Positions 36,819 through 44,992 are shown, counted from the stretch's first letter. The stretch: DNA of 64,000 nucleotides from an uncultured Bacteroidota bacterium (GCA_903944895.1 CAJATL010000226.1:7762-71761), one strand, 5' to 3'. Numbers and translations: made by a program. Notes: generated by a model not told the origin, from the sequence alone.

Positions 36819-37145
36819 ATGAAAAGTAACGAATTGAGGATTGGGAATTTTGCCACATTGAGGGGTGTCATTAAAACAGTAAATGGGGCATTGATAAAGG
36901 ATCAACAACAATCAGAGATGATTGAAGGTGAGGTTTATTTAGAATCAATTCTATTAACCGAAGAATGGTTGGTGAGGCTTGGGTTTAAAAGGTTTATGTA
37001 TGACTGGTAAAAAAAAGGAATTGTAATTCATACAAGGAAACGGGGATTTGTATTAAGGGCATCAGTTCCAATTATTCAATACGTGCATCAATTACAGAAT
37101 TTATTTTTCGCATTAACCGGAAAAGAATTGGAGGTAAAATTATGA
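36819..37145 (+). CDS. conserved small phage protein interrupted by one in-frame TAA (37008-37010)
   Basis: MKSNELRIGN...LTEEWLVRLGFKRFMYDW-TAA-KKGIVIHTRKRGFVLRASVPIIQYVHQLQNLFFALTGKELEVKL. Both halves are in the same frame, and the final TGA overlaps the next ATG (ATGA). Confidence 0.5.
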
Positions 37146-37273
37146 AACCAAGAAGAGCATGGATAATAATTCCACTATTAATTATTTCTATTGCTGACGA
37201 CGGCACAAGAGAAATAACAATAGGTTGGTGGACACAATTATATACAATCACATGGAATCAGAAAAACAAGTAA
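37142..37273 (+). CDS. small membrane protein (43 aa)
   Basis: Own translation: MKPRRAWIIIPLLIISIADDGTREITIGWWTQLYTITWNQKNK. ATGA and TAATG coupling at the two ends. Confidence 0.45.
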   Translation: MKPRRAWIIIPLLIISIADDGTREITIGWWTQLYTITWNQKNK

Positions 37274-37620
37274 TGGATAGAATCATATCCGAAAGACCCC
37301 CGGTGAGCTTTGTAAGTGGGCAGAATCTCTCTACCTACCTCAACTGCTATTTAAGGTACAACTGCTGCGCCCATGTAATCCCAAAGGCCGGGCATATCAG
37401 ACTGCCGTTCCCAACAAAAGATGCCAGGAACAAACACCTTCGATTGAACGAGGACAACATAGTTCTGGTAACCCCACATGAACACCATCTTATCGACCAC
37501 GGCACCGAAGACCAGAGAGCCAGATACGAAAAGGAAAACAATTGCGGATTTGGGGGATTCTTTGCCAAAAAGGAAAAGTTAATTTTTGATTTACAACAAG
37601 TAATAAGATCAGCAAAATGA
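37273..37620 (+). CDS. hypothetical, possible His-Me finger/HNH-like (115 aa from ATG 37273; track start 37225 is TTG)
   Basis: CAHVIPK ... VTPHEHHLIDHG. The nuclease call is weak. Confidence 0.5.
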   Translation: MDRIISERPPVSFVSGQNLSTYLNCYLRYNCCAHVIPKAGHIRLPFPTKDARNKHLRLNEDNIVLVTPHEHHLIDHGTEDQRARYEKENNCGFGGFFAKKEKLIFDLQQVIRSAK

Positions 37621-37709
37621 TACTCGCTGGATTGGTAATTTTTGTTGGTTGGTATCTTTACAAATGTTACAGAATTGATCAAAACCATAAAAAGGAGATA
37701 GACAAATGA
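37617..37709 (+). CDS. small membrane peptide (30 aa)
   Basis: Own translation: MILAGLVIFVGWYLYKCYRIDQNHKKEIDK. ATGA overlaps at both ends. Confidence 0.4.
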   Translation: MILAGLVIFVGWYLYKCYRIDQNHKKEIDK

Positions 37710-37918
37710 AAATCAAAGCAAAAGAACTTATTAAAAGATTTGGTACAATTGAAGGAATGGATTATGAAATGGGCAAACAATGTGCTAAAATTGCGATAGG
37801 GTATTACACGCAAATTTTAGAAGCACAAAACAAAAAAGCGTCAGACGAATATTGTTCTATTGATGAAATGAAAGCAAAACCAGTTAATTACGCAACAAAA
37901 GATGGGGTAATCTTATGA
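37706..37918 (+). CDS. hypothetical protein (70 aa)
   Basis: Track ORF with an AAGGAG Shine-Dalgarno upstream. Confidence 0.6.
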   Translation: MKIKAKELIKRFGTIEGMDYEMGKQCAKIAIGYYTQILEAQNKKASDEYCSIDEMKAKPVNYATKDGVIL

Positions 37919-38247
37919 AAAAGTTAATATTTCTTACCATGTTCCTGATGTCAGGAATATGGTCACAGGCCCAGACAATATACCAGAATGATTACGTGAA
38001 ATTCGTGTACGGGAACTTCCAGGGCGCACCAGGACTTTTCGTCCAAACAACCCAGGCAGGAGTCTATAAAATAAATTGGGAGTGCGGAACACAATCCGGT
38101 ACAGTCCCAACAATGGGAGGATTAACACGGGTGACATGGGGAGAGATTCATGGTACATTTATCTTTAAGCTATCAAAATTCTTCCCGCCAAACAGCACAT
38201 CAAACACCCAATGGAAAGTTATCGGATGGTATTACTTTTATATTTAG
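37915..38247 (+). CDS. secreted small protein (110 aa)
   Basis: Signal peptide MKKLIFLTMFLMSGIWSQAQ. Confidence 0.6.
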   Translation: MKKLIFLTMFLMSGIWSQAQTIYQNDYVKFVYGNFQGAPGLFVQTTQAGVYKINWECGTQSGTVPTMGGLTRVTWGEIHGTFIFKLSKFFPPNSTSNTQWKVIGWYYFYI

Positions 38248-38251
38248 TGTA

Positions 38252-38461
38252 ATGAAAAGAAAACTTGACAACGAAGAACGCCGGAGCATGTCTGGCAGGG
38301 TGAATGAAATCAAATCACTTCACAAAAAGGCGCTTGATCAAAACATCGAAGCCTACAACTATGACTGGCAGGAGTTAAACATAGCCATCAACGAGGTGCT
38401 TGTAAAATACAAAGTAATAATCTTCAAAGATGAACTTGAACAAAGCGTGGAGGTAAAATGA
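38252..38461 (+). CDS. hypothetical protein (69 aa from ATG 38252)
   Basis: Track ORF 38150..38461, trimmed to the first ATG after the upstream stop. Confidence 0.5.
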   Translation: MKRKLDNEERRSMSGRVNEIKSLHKKALDQNIEAYNYDWQELNIAINEVLVKYKVIIFKDELEQSVEVK

Positions 38462-38898
38462 AAGAAATCCCAATACTATGCGGTGCCGATGAAACAAAAG
38501 AAATTCTGCTCGGAAAAAAAACTTTACGCCGGCGGATAAAAGGATTGCCGGAGGGTGTTGCCGAAATTACCTATATCAACAACGAATGGATGCTGGATAA
38601 TGGTTGGATATTCCCCATCAAATGCCCATACGGTAAAAAAGGCGACATTCTTTGGGCCCGGGAGCCATTCAAATACGAAAACTACTTCCAGCTTACCGAT
38701 CAGATACACTTTCGGTTTATGGCCGGTGGATCGAAAATTGTTACCGGAATGGAAAAGTATATCCCCGCAAGGAAGCTTGGCAAAGAAATCCCGGCAACTC
38801 ACATGCCCAGACAAGCATCACGTATCAGTCTTACTGTACAAGAAATCAACGTAGAACAAATTAAAGATGAATTTTATTGGATCATAACAACTATCTAA
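38458..38898 (+). CDS. ASCH/PUA-like domain protein (146 aa)
   Basis: LLGKKTLRRR, CPYGKKGDILWAREPF and HMPRQASRISLTV..INVEQI match the phage ASCH-like pattern as I recall it. Confidence 0.5.
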   Translation: MKEIPILCGADETKEILLGKKTLRRRIKGLPEGVAEITYINNEWMLDNGWIFPIKCPYGKKGDILWAREPFKYENYFQLTDQIHFRFMAGGSKIVTGMEKYIPARKLGKEIPATHMPRQASRISLTVQEINVEQIKDEFYWIITTI

Positions 38899-38901
38899 AT
38901 T

Positions 38902-39840
38902 ATGGAAAAATCATTAGCAGTAGTAATCAAAGATTCCGGCGTCAACGACCAGTCCGGAGTAGTAATTCAGTCCTCATTTGACGTGTTTCTCAAACAAGCA
39001 GATACATGGAAATCAGTGGTTGAATCAATAGTGGTAACAAGCTCCTCCCAGAAAAAGGAAATGAAGCTCGCCAGAACAACCAGGCTTGCCCTCAAAGATA
39101 TCCGGGTAGCAGCAAAAAAACGTACCACAGAACTTAAAGCAGAAGCCTTGAAGTACAACAAAGCAGTGCAGGATGCGTACAACTTCATTGAGGAGACGAT
39201 CACCCCATTGGAGGAACAACTGTTCGCCCAGGAGAAGTTCGCAGAAATAGAGGCCGCTGCGCTTAAAATTAAGCTGCGTGAGGAAAGAAATGCTGAAATG
39301 GTGCAGTACGGGTCATTCGCACCTCATGGGATTGATTACGCCTCTTTATCGGAGGAGGAGTATATCACCATGAAAGAAGGTATCGAGGTGTCCATGGCCG
39401 AAAAGGCAGAGGCCGATAGGATCGCGGAGGAGGAGAGACTTGAAAGGTTACGCTTGGAAGAAATTGCCCGGGTGGAGGCAGAAAGAGTAAAAGCTGAACA
39501 GGCACGTATTGAGGCCGAAAATTACGCAAAGTTACGGGCTGAAAACGAAAGGCTTCGTTTGGAGAAAAAAGAAATAGCCGAAAAGGTAAAGAAAGACCTG
39601 GCAGAAGAAAAGGCCCGGGTGGCGGCTACAATAGATGATGTTAAACAGGTACCAGAATCAAGCTTTAAAATTGACGATACTAACAGCGCTTATCTTGGCT
39701 CTGGTATTTATGTGGTTTTCAATGGAACTGCCTATGAGCTGAAACATGGTTCTACTTCCAGTCATGCCGTTATCATTATGCCTGATACTGCAATCATTAA
39801 GTTGGCAGAATTTAGCATGAGGATTATCGCAAATGGATAA
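38902..39840 (+). CDS. coiled-coil protein (312 aa)
   Basis: Long charged helix: RIAEEERLERLRLEEIARVEAERVKAEQARIEAENYAKLRAENERLRLEKKE. Confidence 0.65.
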   Translation: MEKSLAVVIKDSGVNDQSGVVIQSSFDVFLKQADTWKSVVESIVVTSSSQKKEMKLARTTRLALKDIRVAAKKRTTELKAEALKYNKAVQDAYNFIEETITPLEEQLFAQEKFAEIEAAALKIKLREERNAEMVQYGSFAPHGIDYASLSEEEYITMKEGIEVSMAEKAEADRIAEEERLERLRLEEIARVEAERVKAEQARIEAENYAKLRAENERLRLEKKEIAEKVKKDLAEEKARVAATIDDVKQVPESSFKIDDTNSAYLGSGIYVVFNGTAYELKHGSTSSHAVIIMPDTAIIKLAEFSMRIIANG

Positions 39841-40084
39841 CAAGAACGTTGAGATAATGTCAGGGGCGCTTATTTTTTTAATGAGCGAATGTAACTCGAT
39901 GGGATATGTAAACCCCAAGCTCGAACTAACTGCAGTGAGTACGCTTGATGGATCACGGTACAGGTTAACATTCGAGAGACTTGATCTTAATGATGAATTG
40001 AGTGAATTAACAAAAGAAATATTCGGAAATGAAAGAGATAATCCTGGAAAAGATTCTGGTGAACACGAAAAGACAGGCCGGTAA
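39833..40084 (+). CDS. hypothetical protein (83 aa)
   Basis: Track ORF. Confidence 0.5.
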   Translation: MDNKNVEIMSGALIFLMSECNSMGYVNPKLELTAVSTLDGSRYRLTFERLDLNDELSELTKEIFGNERDNPGKDSGEHEKTGR

Positions 40085-40253
40085 AGCTAACGAAGATTTA
40101 ACTGAAAATGAGTTAACTTTACGGGCAATGGAAAACGCTTGCAGACTTACTGTGGAGGCGTGTATTGACGCCGTTCACGATTCTGATATCACACATTACA
40201 ATTATCTTGCAGTTAAACATTCACTACTTAAAGTACACGGGAGGATAAAATGA
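40029..40253 (+). CDS. hypothetical protein (74 aa)
   Basis: Track ORF. It overlaps the previous gene by 56 nt, so the start is uncertain. Confidence 0.45.
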   Translation: MKEIILEKILVNTKRQAGKANEDLTENELTLRAMENACRLTVEACIDAVHDSDITHYNYLAVKHSLLKVHGRIK

Positions 40254-40366
40254 GAAAGTTCTTGTGGGAGTACCGGTTCGATTTGATCTTGGTTGCGATG
40301 CTTGTTGTTATCGGTGGGATTATTGAGTTCCTGGTTAAGTGGGTTGAGTTCCTGGTTAAATTTTAG
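40250..40366 (+). CDS. small membrane peptide (38 aa) containing a 16-bp direct repeat
   Basis: Own translation: MRKFLWEYRFDLILVAMLVVIGGIIEFLVKWVEFLVKF. ATGA overlap upstream. TTGAGTTCCTGGTTAA occurs at 40323 and 40344. Confidence 0.4.
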   Translation: MRKFLWEYRFDLILVAMLVVIGGIIEFLVKWVEFLVKF

Positions 40367-40370
40367 TAAG

Positions 40371-40763
40371 ATGAATAAAGTTACATACGAAAATTGCTTG
40401 GGGGTGTTAACCGCATTTGGTGAAGACGGAGACTACTTTAGGTTTAAAGATTCAGTACAAACACAGGACACCATAACCTATTACGATATTGATGGAAATA
40501 TCGTTGGAAACATACACCTTCCACCGGCAACGCATCACATAACAAGGTGTAGGCTTGCTAAAGAAAATGGCATAGAAAACTGGCATCATTATTCCATGAG
40601 AGATTTATTATTTGGAATGGCAAAAGATGATGACATGCACTATTTCGACATTGACCCGGAGACCGGGAAGATTAACGAAAGTACTATTGTAAATATCTTT
40701 ACTCATAAACCAGATGGTGACGAAAGCCCTTTTAAACAATTTTATGTAAGAATTGAACCATGA
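40371..40763 (+). CDS. hypothetical protein (130 aa from ATG 40371)
   Basis: Track ORF 40293..40763, trimmed to MNKVTYEN. Confidence 0.55.
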   Translation: MNKVTYENCLGVLTAFGEDGDYFRFKDSVQTQDTITYYDIDGNIVGNIHLPPATHHITRCRLAKENGIENWHHYSMRDLLFGMAKDDDMHYFDIDPETGKINESTIVNIFTHKPDGDESPFKQFYVRIEP

Positions 40764-40966
40764 AAGAGTACACAGAAGAAGAAGTGCAAAAGGCATTAAA
40801 GGAAATAGAATCCATGGATCACTATACTATGTGTAAGCTGTGGAGGTTTGGGGGTGATCCTATTTACTTCCATTCCGACCTACCAACAGGAAAGGCTTAC
40901 AATGATAGGTTGTTCGGTCATTTTGGAGGGTTTACGCCGGAAATATCTAAATCTCTTGGATGGTGA
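40760..40966 (+). CDS. hypothetical protein (68 aa)
   Basis: Track ORF with a 4-nt overlap. Confidence 0.55.
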   Translation: MKEYTEEEVQKALKEIESMDHYTMCKLWRFGGDPIYFHSDLPTGKAYNDRLFGHFGGFTPEISKSLGW

Positions 40967-41055
40967 AAATAGTTTTGTTTTCCCCATAGAGGAATAGCAT
41001 TTTTTCCTTTATTCATAAGGGTTTTAATTTTTAGTAAAAATTTAATATTTAGATT

Positions 41056-41310
41056 ATGGACGAAGAAGTAATGACATTAAATCTTGCGTTTAGCAAATTA
41101 ATGAACTGCGTTAACATGGCAGCGGAGGTGGAAAAACTTACCAACAACGCTTTGGTTAAATTAATGCCAAACCAAGTAGGTATAGAAGCCAAACCAAGGC
41201 CTATTGGCGATGGGATTCTTGCTGGGCTATTTGTAGCTATTGATGCCCTGGAAGACAAATTGAATCAGATTGGCTCCAATGCAGACAAGATTAATAAAAT
41301 AATTGGGTGA
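41056..41310 (+). CDS. hypothetical protein (84 aa)
   Basis: Track ORF. Confidence 0.55.
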   Translation: MDEEVMTLNLAFSKLMNCVNMAAEVEKLTNNALVKLMPNQVGIEAKPRPIGDGILAGLFVAIDALEDKLNQIGSNADKINKIIG

Positions 41311-41501
41311 TTCCCATTGGTTACGACCAGAAATAAAACCAGAAAGGCGATCCAAATAATTACCAAAACAGAGAGGATGGTAAGCATTTTAGGGAGTGAA
41401 CCCTGACAAGATAAACTCGGAGCCGGAAGTAATGCACCCGGCAGCCTTTTTCTAACATAAGAAATTCGTTATTATAGTTTTTGGCTTAAAAGTAAAATAA
41501 G

Positions 41502-41813
41502 ATGGACGATAAATGGAAAATGTTCAAGAACTACATGCACAACGAGCTTGGTATCACCAAATACGATATTAAGCAGTGGATAGAAGATGCGGTAGAAAGA
41601 CAGGCAGAAGCCTTGGTGAAGCATCAGTTCGATAACTTTGATGTAGCTTCGGTAGTGCAGAAAATCATCACAGATGATAATTACTTTGGACAGGAGCGAT
41701 TAAAACATGAAATTGCCACAGAACTATCCAGACAAATATTAAGTCGCTTAGAGTTCACTAAAAACGATAATGAAGAACCCAAATTTTACCCACCAACAAT
41801 AACGCTTCCATAA
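41502..41813 (+). CDS. hypothetical protein (103 aa)
   Basis: Track ORF. Confidence 0.55.
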   Translation: MDDKWKMFKNYMHNELGITKYDIKQWIEDAVERQAEALVKHQFDNFDVASVVQKIITDDNYFGQERLKHEIATELSRQILSRLEFTKNDNEEPKFYPPTITLP

Positions 41814-42130
41814 TGGCACTTTCAATAATCAAAGACCTCAAAAAAAGATACTACGCAATCTGTAAAGAGTACGTGTTTTATTTCTCCCAGAAGCATGAAT
41901 ACGTGTTTTCGTATTGGGTTGCCGGTGAAAAGGGCGGGATCGCTTGCTTTATCGACCAGTATTTCTTTAGTACAGAAAACATCATTTTTGATGTTAACAC
42001 CAATCAACCTAAAAATCAGATATTTGAGTGGATGGATTACTGTGTTGAGCGGGAACTTCCTGGGTTAAGCTACCAGGAGTACATTGCGAACCTTAAAAAA
42101 AACAATATTCCGGAAAGTGATGGTAAGTAG
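41813..42130 (+). CDS. hypothetical protein (105 aa)
   Basis: Track ORF with a 1-nt overlap. Confidence 0.55.
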   Translation: MALSIIKDLKKRYYAICKEYVFYFSQKHEYVFSYWVAGEKGGIACFIDQYFFSTENIIFDVNTNQPKNQIFEWMDYCVERELPGLSYQEYIANLKKNNIPESDGK

Positions 42131-42264
42131 CGCGACATTTTACCAGAAATAGTTGTCTCCGTCCCGTGGAGAAAGTTGACTAAGCCCACTAAAATCAATG
42201 GTTTCATTTTTTATCTCAAAAAAATATTTCTGGACAAGAACATTGACTTAATAGATATAATGAC

Positions 42265-42311
42265 GGGGGCCTGGCACGCCACCCGAAACGTTTTTTGCGG
42301 ATGCCACCCCC
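42265..42311 (+). other. long imperfect GC-rich hairpin
   Basis: GGGGG-cc-TGGCA-CGC ... GCG-ga-TGCCA-CCCCC. The loop contains the palindrome AAACGTTT. Confidence 0.4.
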
Positions 42312-42720
42312 TCCATTAATAGGCGATCACACAGCCAGCAATTTCACTTAGTCCAAAGCAGACTGTTAATTTCCTGAATATCAATGTTTTATGATTTATT
42401 ATTGTAAATCTGGGAGTTTGATCACATCTAACTGCCTGATAATCAGATAGTTAACGTATTTTGCCGTATTGCACCAAAAACCACTAAAAAACATCGGGAC
42501 CGTTAACCATTCCCATTCTGGGAATTATGTCCGTTAATATGACTTCATTCTATTTATTGGAATGTGATCCCATTTAAGTAATCGAGTTCATAAATGATCT
42601 TACCGATATGTTTATAAATTCATATCGCTTTTCTTCCCTCCACTGGTTAAAATACTGATCAATTTATTGCACCCTGGTAGCAATATTACTTAATCAGTGT
42701 TAACCAATCATCTATATCAA

Positions 42721-42760
42721 TCTTAACGTTCTTTAACATTCATTAAAGTTCATTAACAGT
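42721..42760 (+). repeat. four tandem 10-bp iterons (consensus CnTTAACnTT)
   Basis: tcttaacgtt / ctttaacatt / cattaaagtt / cattaacagt. Further TTAAC copies at 42451, 42502, 42533, 42647 and 42700. Confidence 0.6.
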
Positions 42761-42787
42761 TTGTAGCATTATTACAATATATCTTTG
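42760..42787 (+). promoter_or_regulatory. putative promoter (TTTG ... TATCTTTG)
   Basis: TTTG at 42760-42763 and TATCTTTG at 42780-42787. The spacer is shorter than the consensus I recall. Confidence 0.4.
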
Positions 42788-42848
42788 CATCGTTGTTTAG
42801 TTCATTGAATGTCTGTAAAGAAACCGAGTTTTAGAAAGGCTTTGGGAG

Positions 42849-42895
42849 GTGTTATAGCTTAGTAGGGGTAACGTTAGCATCCTGAATCATAACAC
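42849..42895 (+). ncRNA. 47-nt structured element closed by a perfect 7-bp stem
   Basis: GTGTTAT ... ATAACAC. The interior has a D-loop-like TAGGGGTAACGTTAGC. Confidence 0.3.
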
Positions 42896-42931
42896 ACAGA
42901 GAGCGCAATAGATAAAGCGGGCACAGAAAAT

Positions 42932-43001
42932 AATACGACATGCGGGGCAGTAAATTAGCTTTAATTAGCTGGTTTAGGGAGTTCGATTCTCCATCGTATT
43001 A
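42932..43001 (+). ncRNA. non-canonical tRNA-like element
   Basis: Perfect 7-bp acceptor-like stem AATACGA/TCGTATT. T-arm GGAG-TTCGATT-CTCC. 8-9 bp central hairpin AAATTAGC-TTTAATTA-GCTGGTTT. No normal D-arm and no 7-nt anticodon loop. Confidence 0.4.
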
Positions 43002-43038
43002 CAATTTAATTTTAACTAAACTAACAGGAGGTAACACA

Positions 43039-43239
43039 ATGCCAAAACAAAACAAATTCACCTACTATAAGGTGATACAAGAAAATTGGGGTAACGGCTG
43101 GGATGATGTGGATTTTGAGGAAGTCAATACAGTGGAAGCGCGGAAGCTGTTTAAAGAGAATTTAAAAGCATACCGCGACAATTCACCGGCACTAATCAGG
43201 GTAATTAACCGCAGGGTATTAAAGGAGGCAACAGCATGA
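43039..43239 (+). CDS. hypothetical protein (66 aa from ATG 43039)
   Basis: Shine-Dalgarno AGGAGG 8 nt upstream. The track start at 42940 would read through the tRNA-like element. Confidence 0.6.
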   Translation: MPKQNKFTYYKVIQENWGNGWDDVDFEEVNTVEARKLFKENLKAYRDNSPALIRVINRRVLKEATA

Positions 43240-43466
43240 AAAGAACAAAACTACAAAGGCTTTTAAAGTCTTACGAAGTTGAAACAATTGGCGGCTATTT
43301 CTGGGTAATCGTTGAGAGCGTAATAAATGGGAACAGGGAACAAGCCCGAGAGCAATTTAAAGAGATGCAACAAGAACAAAGGAAAGAGTTTTTAATTTTC
43401 CTTTGCGTCGGCAATTACACAACATTAAGCGACAGAGATAAAGAAATGTTTATAAAAATTATTTAG
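43236..43466 (+). CDS. hypothetical protein (76 aa)
   Basis: Track ORF with a 4-nt overlap. Confidence 0.55.
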   Translation: MKRTKLQRLLKSYEVETIGGYFWVIVESVINGNREQAREQFKEMQQEQRKEFLIFLCVGNYTTLSDRDKEMFIKII

Positions 43467-43484
43467 CTGTTACAAGTCAGCAAA

Positions 43485-43510
43485 GCGGAGCCGGATTTAT
43501 TCGGCTCCGC
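43485..43510 (+). terminator. hairpin of intergenic cassette
   Basis: GCGGAGCCG-gatttatt-CGGCTCCGC. Confidence 0.5.
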
Positions 43511-43533
43511 TCAATAGTGAGGGCCGCAAAGGT

Positions 43534-43548
43534 GTAAACTAACTAAAT
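43534..43548 (+). promoter_or_regulatory. leader motif GTAAACTAACTAAAT
   Basis: Ends 10 nt before the ATG at 43559. Confidence 0.5.
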
Positions 43549-43558
43549 ATTTTTAATC

Positions 43559-44032
43559 ATGCAAACATTTCAAATTGATCTATTTACCGCGAATATTGCG
43601 GAAGTAGAAATTTCTTACAAGAACAAAGTAAGACCAGCAGACCGGCCAAAACTCGATAACTCAAACGATTGTGCGGATATTTTTAGGCGCATATGGACAG
43701 ATACGCTCGAGCATCACGAGAGCTTTTATTCCTTGATGTTAGACAGGGCAAACAAGGTTTTAGGGGTTTATAGAGTATCAGAAGGGGGAACGACTGGAAC
43801 GATAGCTGACCCCAAAATGATTTTTCAGGCAGCCCTAAAATGTAACGCTGCAGCCCTTATTTTGGCGCACAATCACCCATCAGGGAATTTGATCCCGTCG
43901 GTTTCCGATGTTAAACTAACTGAAAAAATGAAGGCTGCGGGGGTGCTTTTAGATATTCCCGTGCTTGATCATGTAATCTTAGGCATTGATGATAAGTACT
44001 ATAGTTTTGCTGATAATGGTAATGTATTTTAA
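43559..44032 (+). CDS. radC: RadC-like JAB/MPN domain protein (157 aa)
   Basis: LILAHNHPSGNLIPSVSDVKLT: the JAMM motif HxHPSG..S..D. Confidence 0.8.
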   Translation: MQTFQIDLFTANIAEVEISYKNKVRPADRPKLDNSNDCADIFRRIWTDTLEHHESFYSLMLDRANKVLGVYRVSEGGTTGTIADPKMIFQAALKCNAAALILAHNHPSGNLIPSVSDVKLTEKMKAAGVLLDIPVLDHVILGIDDKYYSFADNGNVF

Positions 44033-44082
44033 GCGGTGGCCAGTCCGTTAAATTGTGAGCCGGTCAGTCTTCATAACTGACT

Positions 44083-44097
44083 GTAAACAAACTAAAT
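44083..44097 (+). promoter_or_regulatory. leader motif GTAAACAAACTAAAT
   Basis: Preceded by the hairpin CAGTC-ttcataa-GACTG and followed by the ATG at 44107. Confidence 0.5.
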
Positions 44098-44106
44098 TTT
44101 TAGAGT

Positions 44107-44742
44107 ATGTCAAAAAGCAAATTAACACTTAAGGAAGCGTTGAGTATTGAGTTTTCAAACGAATGCCACAACAAAAGTATAAAGGCTGTGGAAGCCTTTG
44201 TAAATCAGATTAAAGAATTTTATCCTGTTCTTGATGTTGAAATCAATACAGAAGGCGAAGGGCAATATTTATCCTTCACTGATTCGGAAATAATTTTGCA
44301 GGTGGAACCGGTTAAAATCATCATCAAGCAGATGGGATCAATCTACAAAAATGAAATTTACCTGTTTTACAGGAAGGAGTTTAAAAACCTCCGCCATTCT
44401 GCAGAACACACGATTAAAAACACGTTCAAGGCACCAAACGCCATTTACAAGCCAACAACAAAAAAAATTCAGGCTTGGATTGATTATCTCAACTTGGTTT
44501 ACACCGAGTGCGAGAGACAGAACAACGAGAGACAAACCGAAATAGATCGGTTTTACGCATCCATCAAAAACGAGCCGGTAAGGTATTGGCGTGACAGAAC
44601 AGAAGGGGAGATAAGAAAAGGTGGGCTGATATTCACCTTTAAAATCGAATATGGATTTGTTTACAAAAGGATTCAGGTTGATAGCGTTGATTCTACCATT
44701 GAGAATTTTAATCTGATGGCAGACAACAAACTAAAAGTTTAA
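44107..44742 (+). CDS. hypothetical protein (211 aa)
   Basis: Track ORF. Confidence 0.65.
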   Translation: MSKSKLTLKEALSIEFSNECHNKSIKAVEAFVNQIKEFYPVLDVEINTEGEGQYLSFTDSEIILQVEPVKIIIKQMGSIYKNEIYLFYRKEFKNLRHSAEHTIKNTFKAPNAIYKPTTKKIQAWIDYLNLVYTECERQNNERQTEIDRFYASIKNEPVRYWRDRTEGEIRKGGLIFTFKIEYGFVYKRIQVDSVDSTIENFNLMADNKLKV

Positions 44743-44746
44743 AGCC

Positions 44747-44992
44747 ATGAAAACTATTTTCCTATTTTCGTTCATGTTCCTTTCACTTATTTTAAGCGCA
44801 CAGGACAGTTTTAAAGTTGATTCGGCAGGTAAGGTCGTACAAATCAAAATAACGCAGCCCAAGCAGCCGGATAAAGTAATTCAAGTAATAGACACTGTAA
44901 AATATTATCAGGGTGCAAAGGGTGGAGTTTATTACCTCCGCAAATCGAAGAAGACCGGCAAAACATATAAATGTTACCTGAAAAAAGATTGA
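44747..44992 (+). CDS. secreted small basic protein with PBCV-type basic adaptor-like motif (81 aa)
   Basis: Signal peptide MKTIFLFSFMFLSLILSAQ, followed by GAKGGVYYLRKSKKTGKTYKCYL. Confidence 0.5.
   Translation: MKTIFLFSFMFLSLILSAQDSFKVDSAGKVVQIKITQPKQPDKVIQVIDTVKYYQGAKGGVYYLRKSKKTGKTYKCYLKKD

Noticed and set aside
16191-36911. Nested or opposite-strand track ORFs inside late genes, for example 16191..16421, 17874..18212, 18241..18678, 24013..24383, 25321..25908, 26448..26840, 33234..33614, 34077..34618, 34620..35183, 35934..36698 and 36675..36911.
   Set aside because: They are contained within long co-oriented structural genes with clear operon organisation. There is no independent evidence for them.
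40262-40295. GGTTCGATTT string resembling a tRNA T-loop.
   Set aside because: There are no flanking complementary stems, and it lies inside the coding sequence of the 38-aa ORF.
42940-43038. N-terminal extension of ORF 42940..43239 (MRGSKLALISWFREFDSPSYY...).
   Set aside because: It reads through the tRNA-like element. A strong AGGAGG Shine-Dalgarno precedes the internal ATG at 43039, which is the more plausible start.
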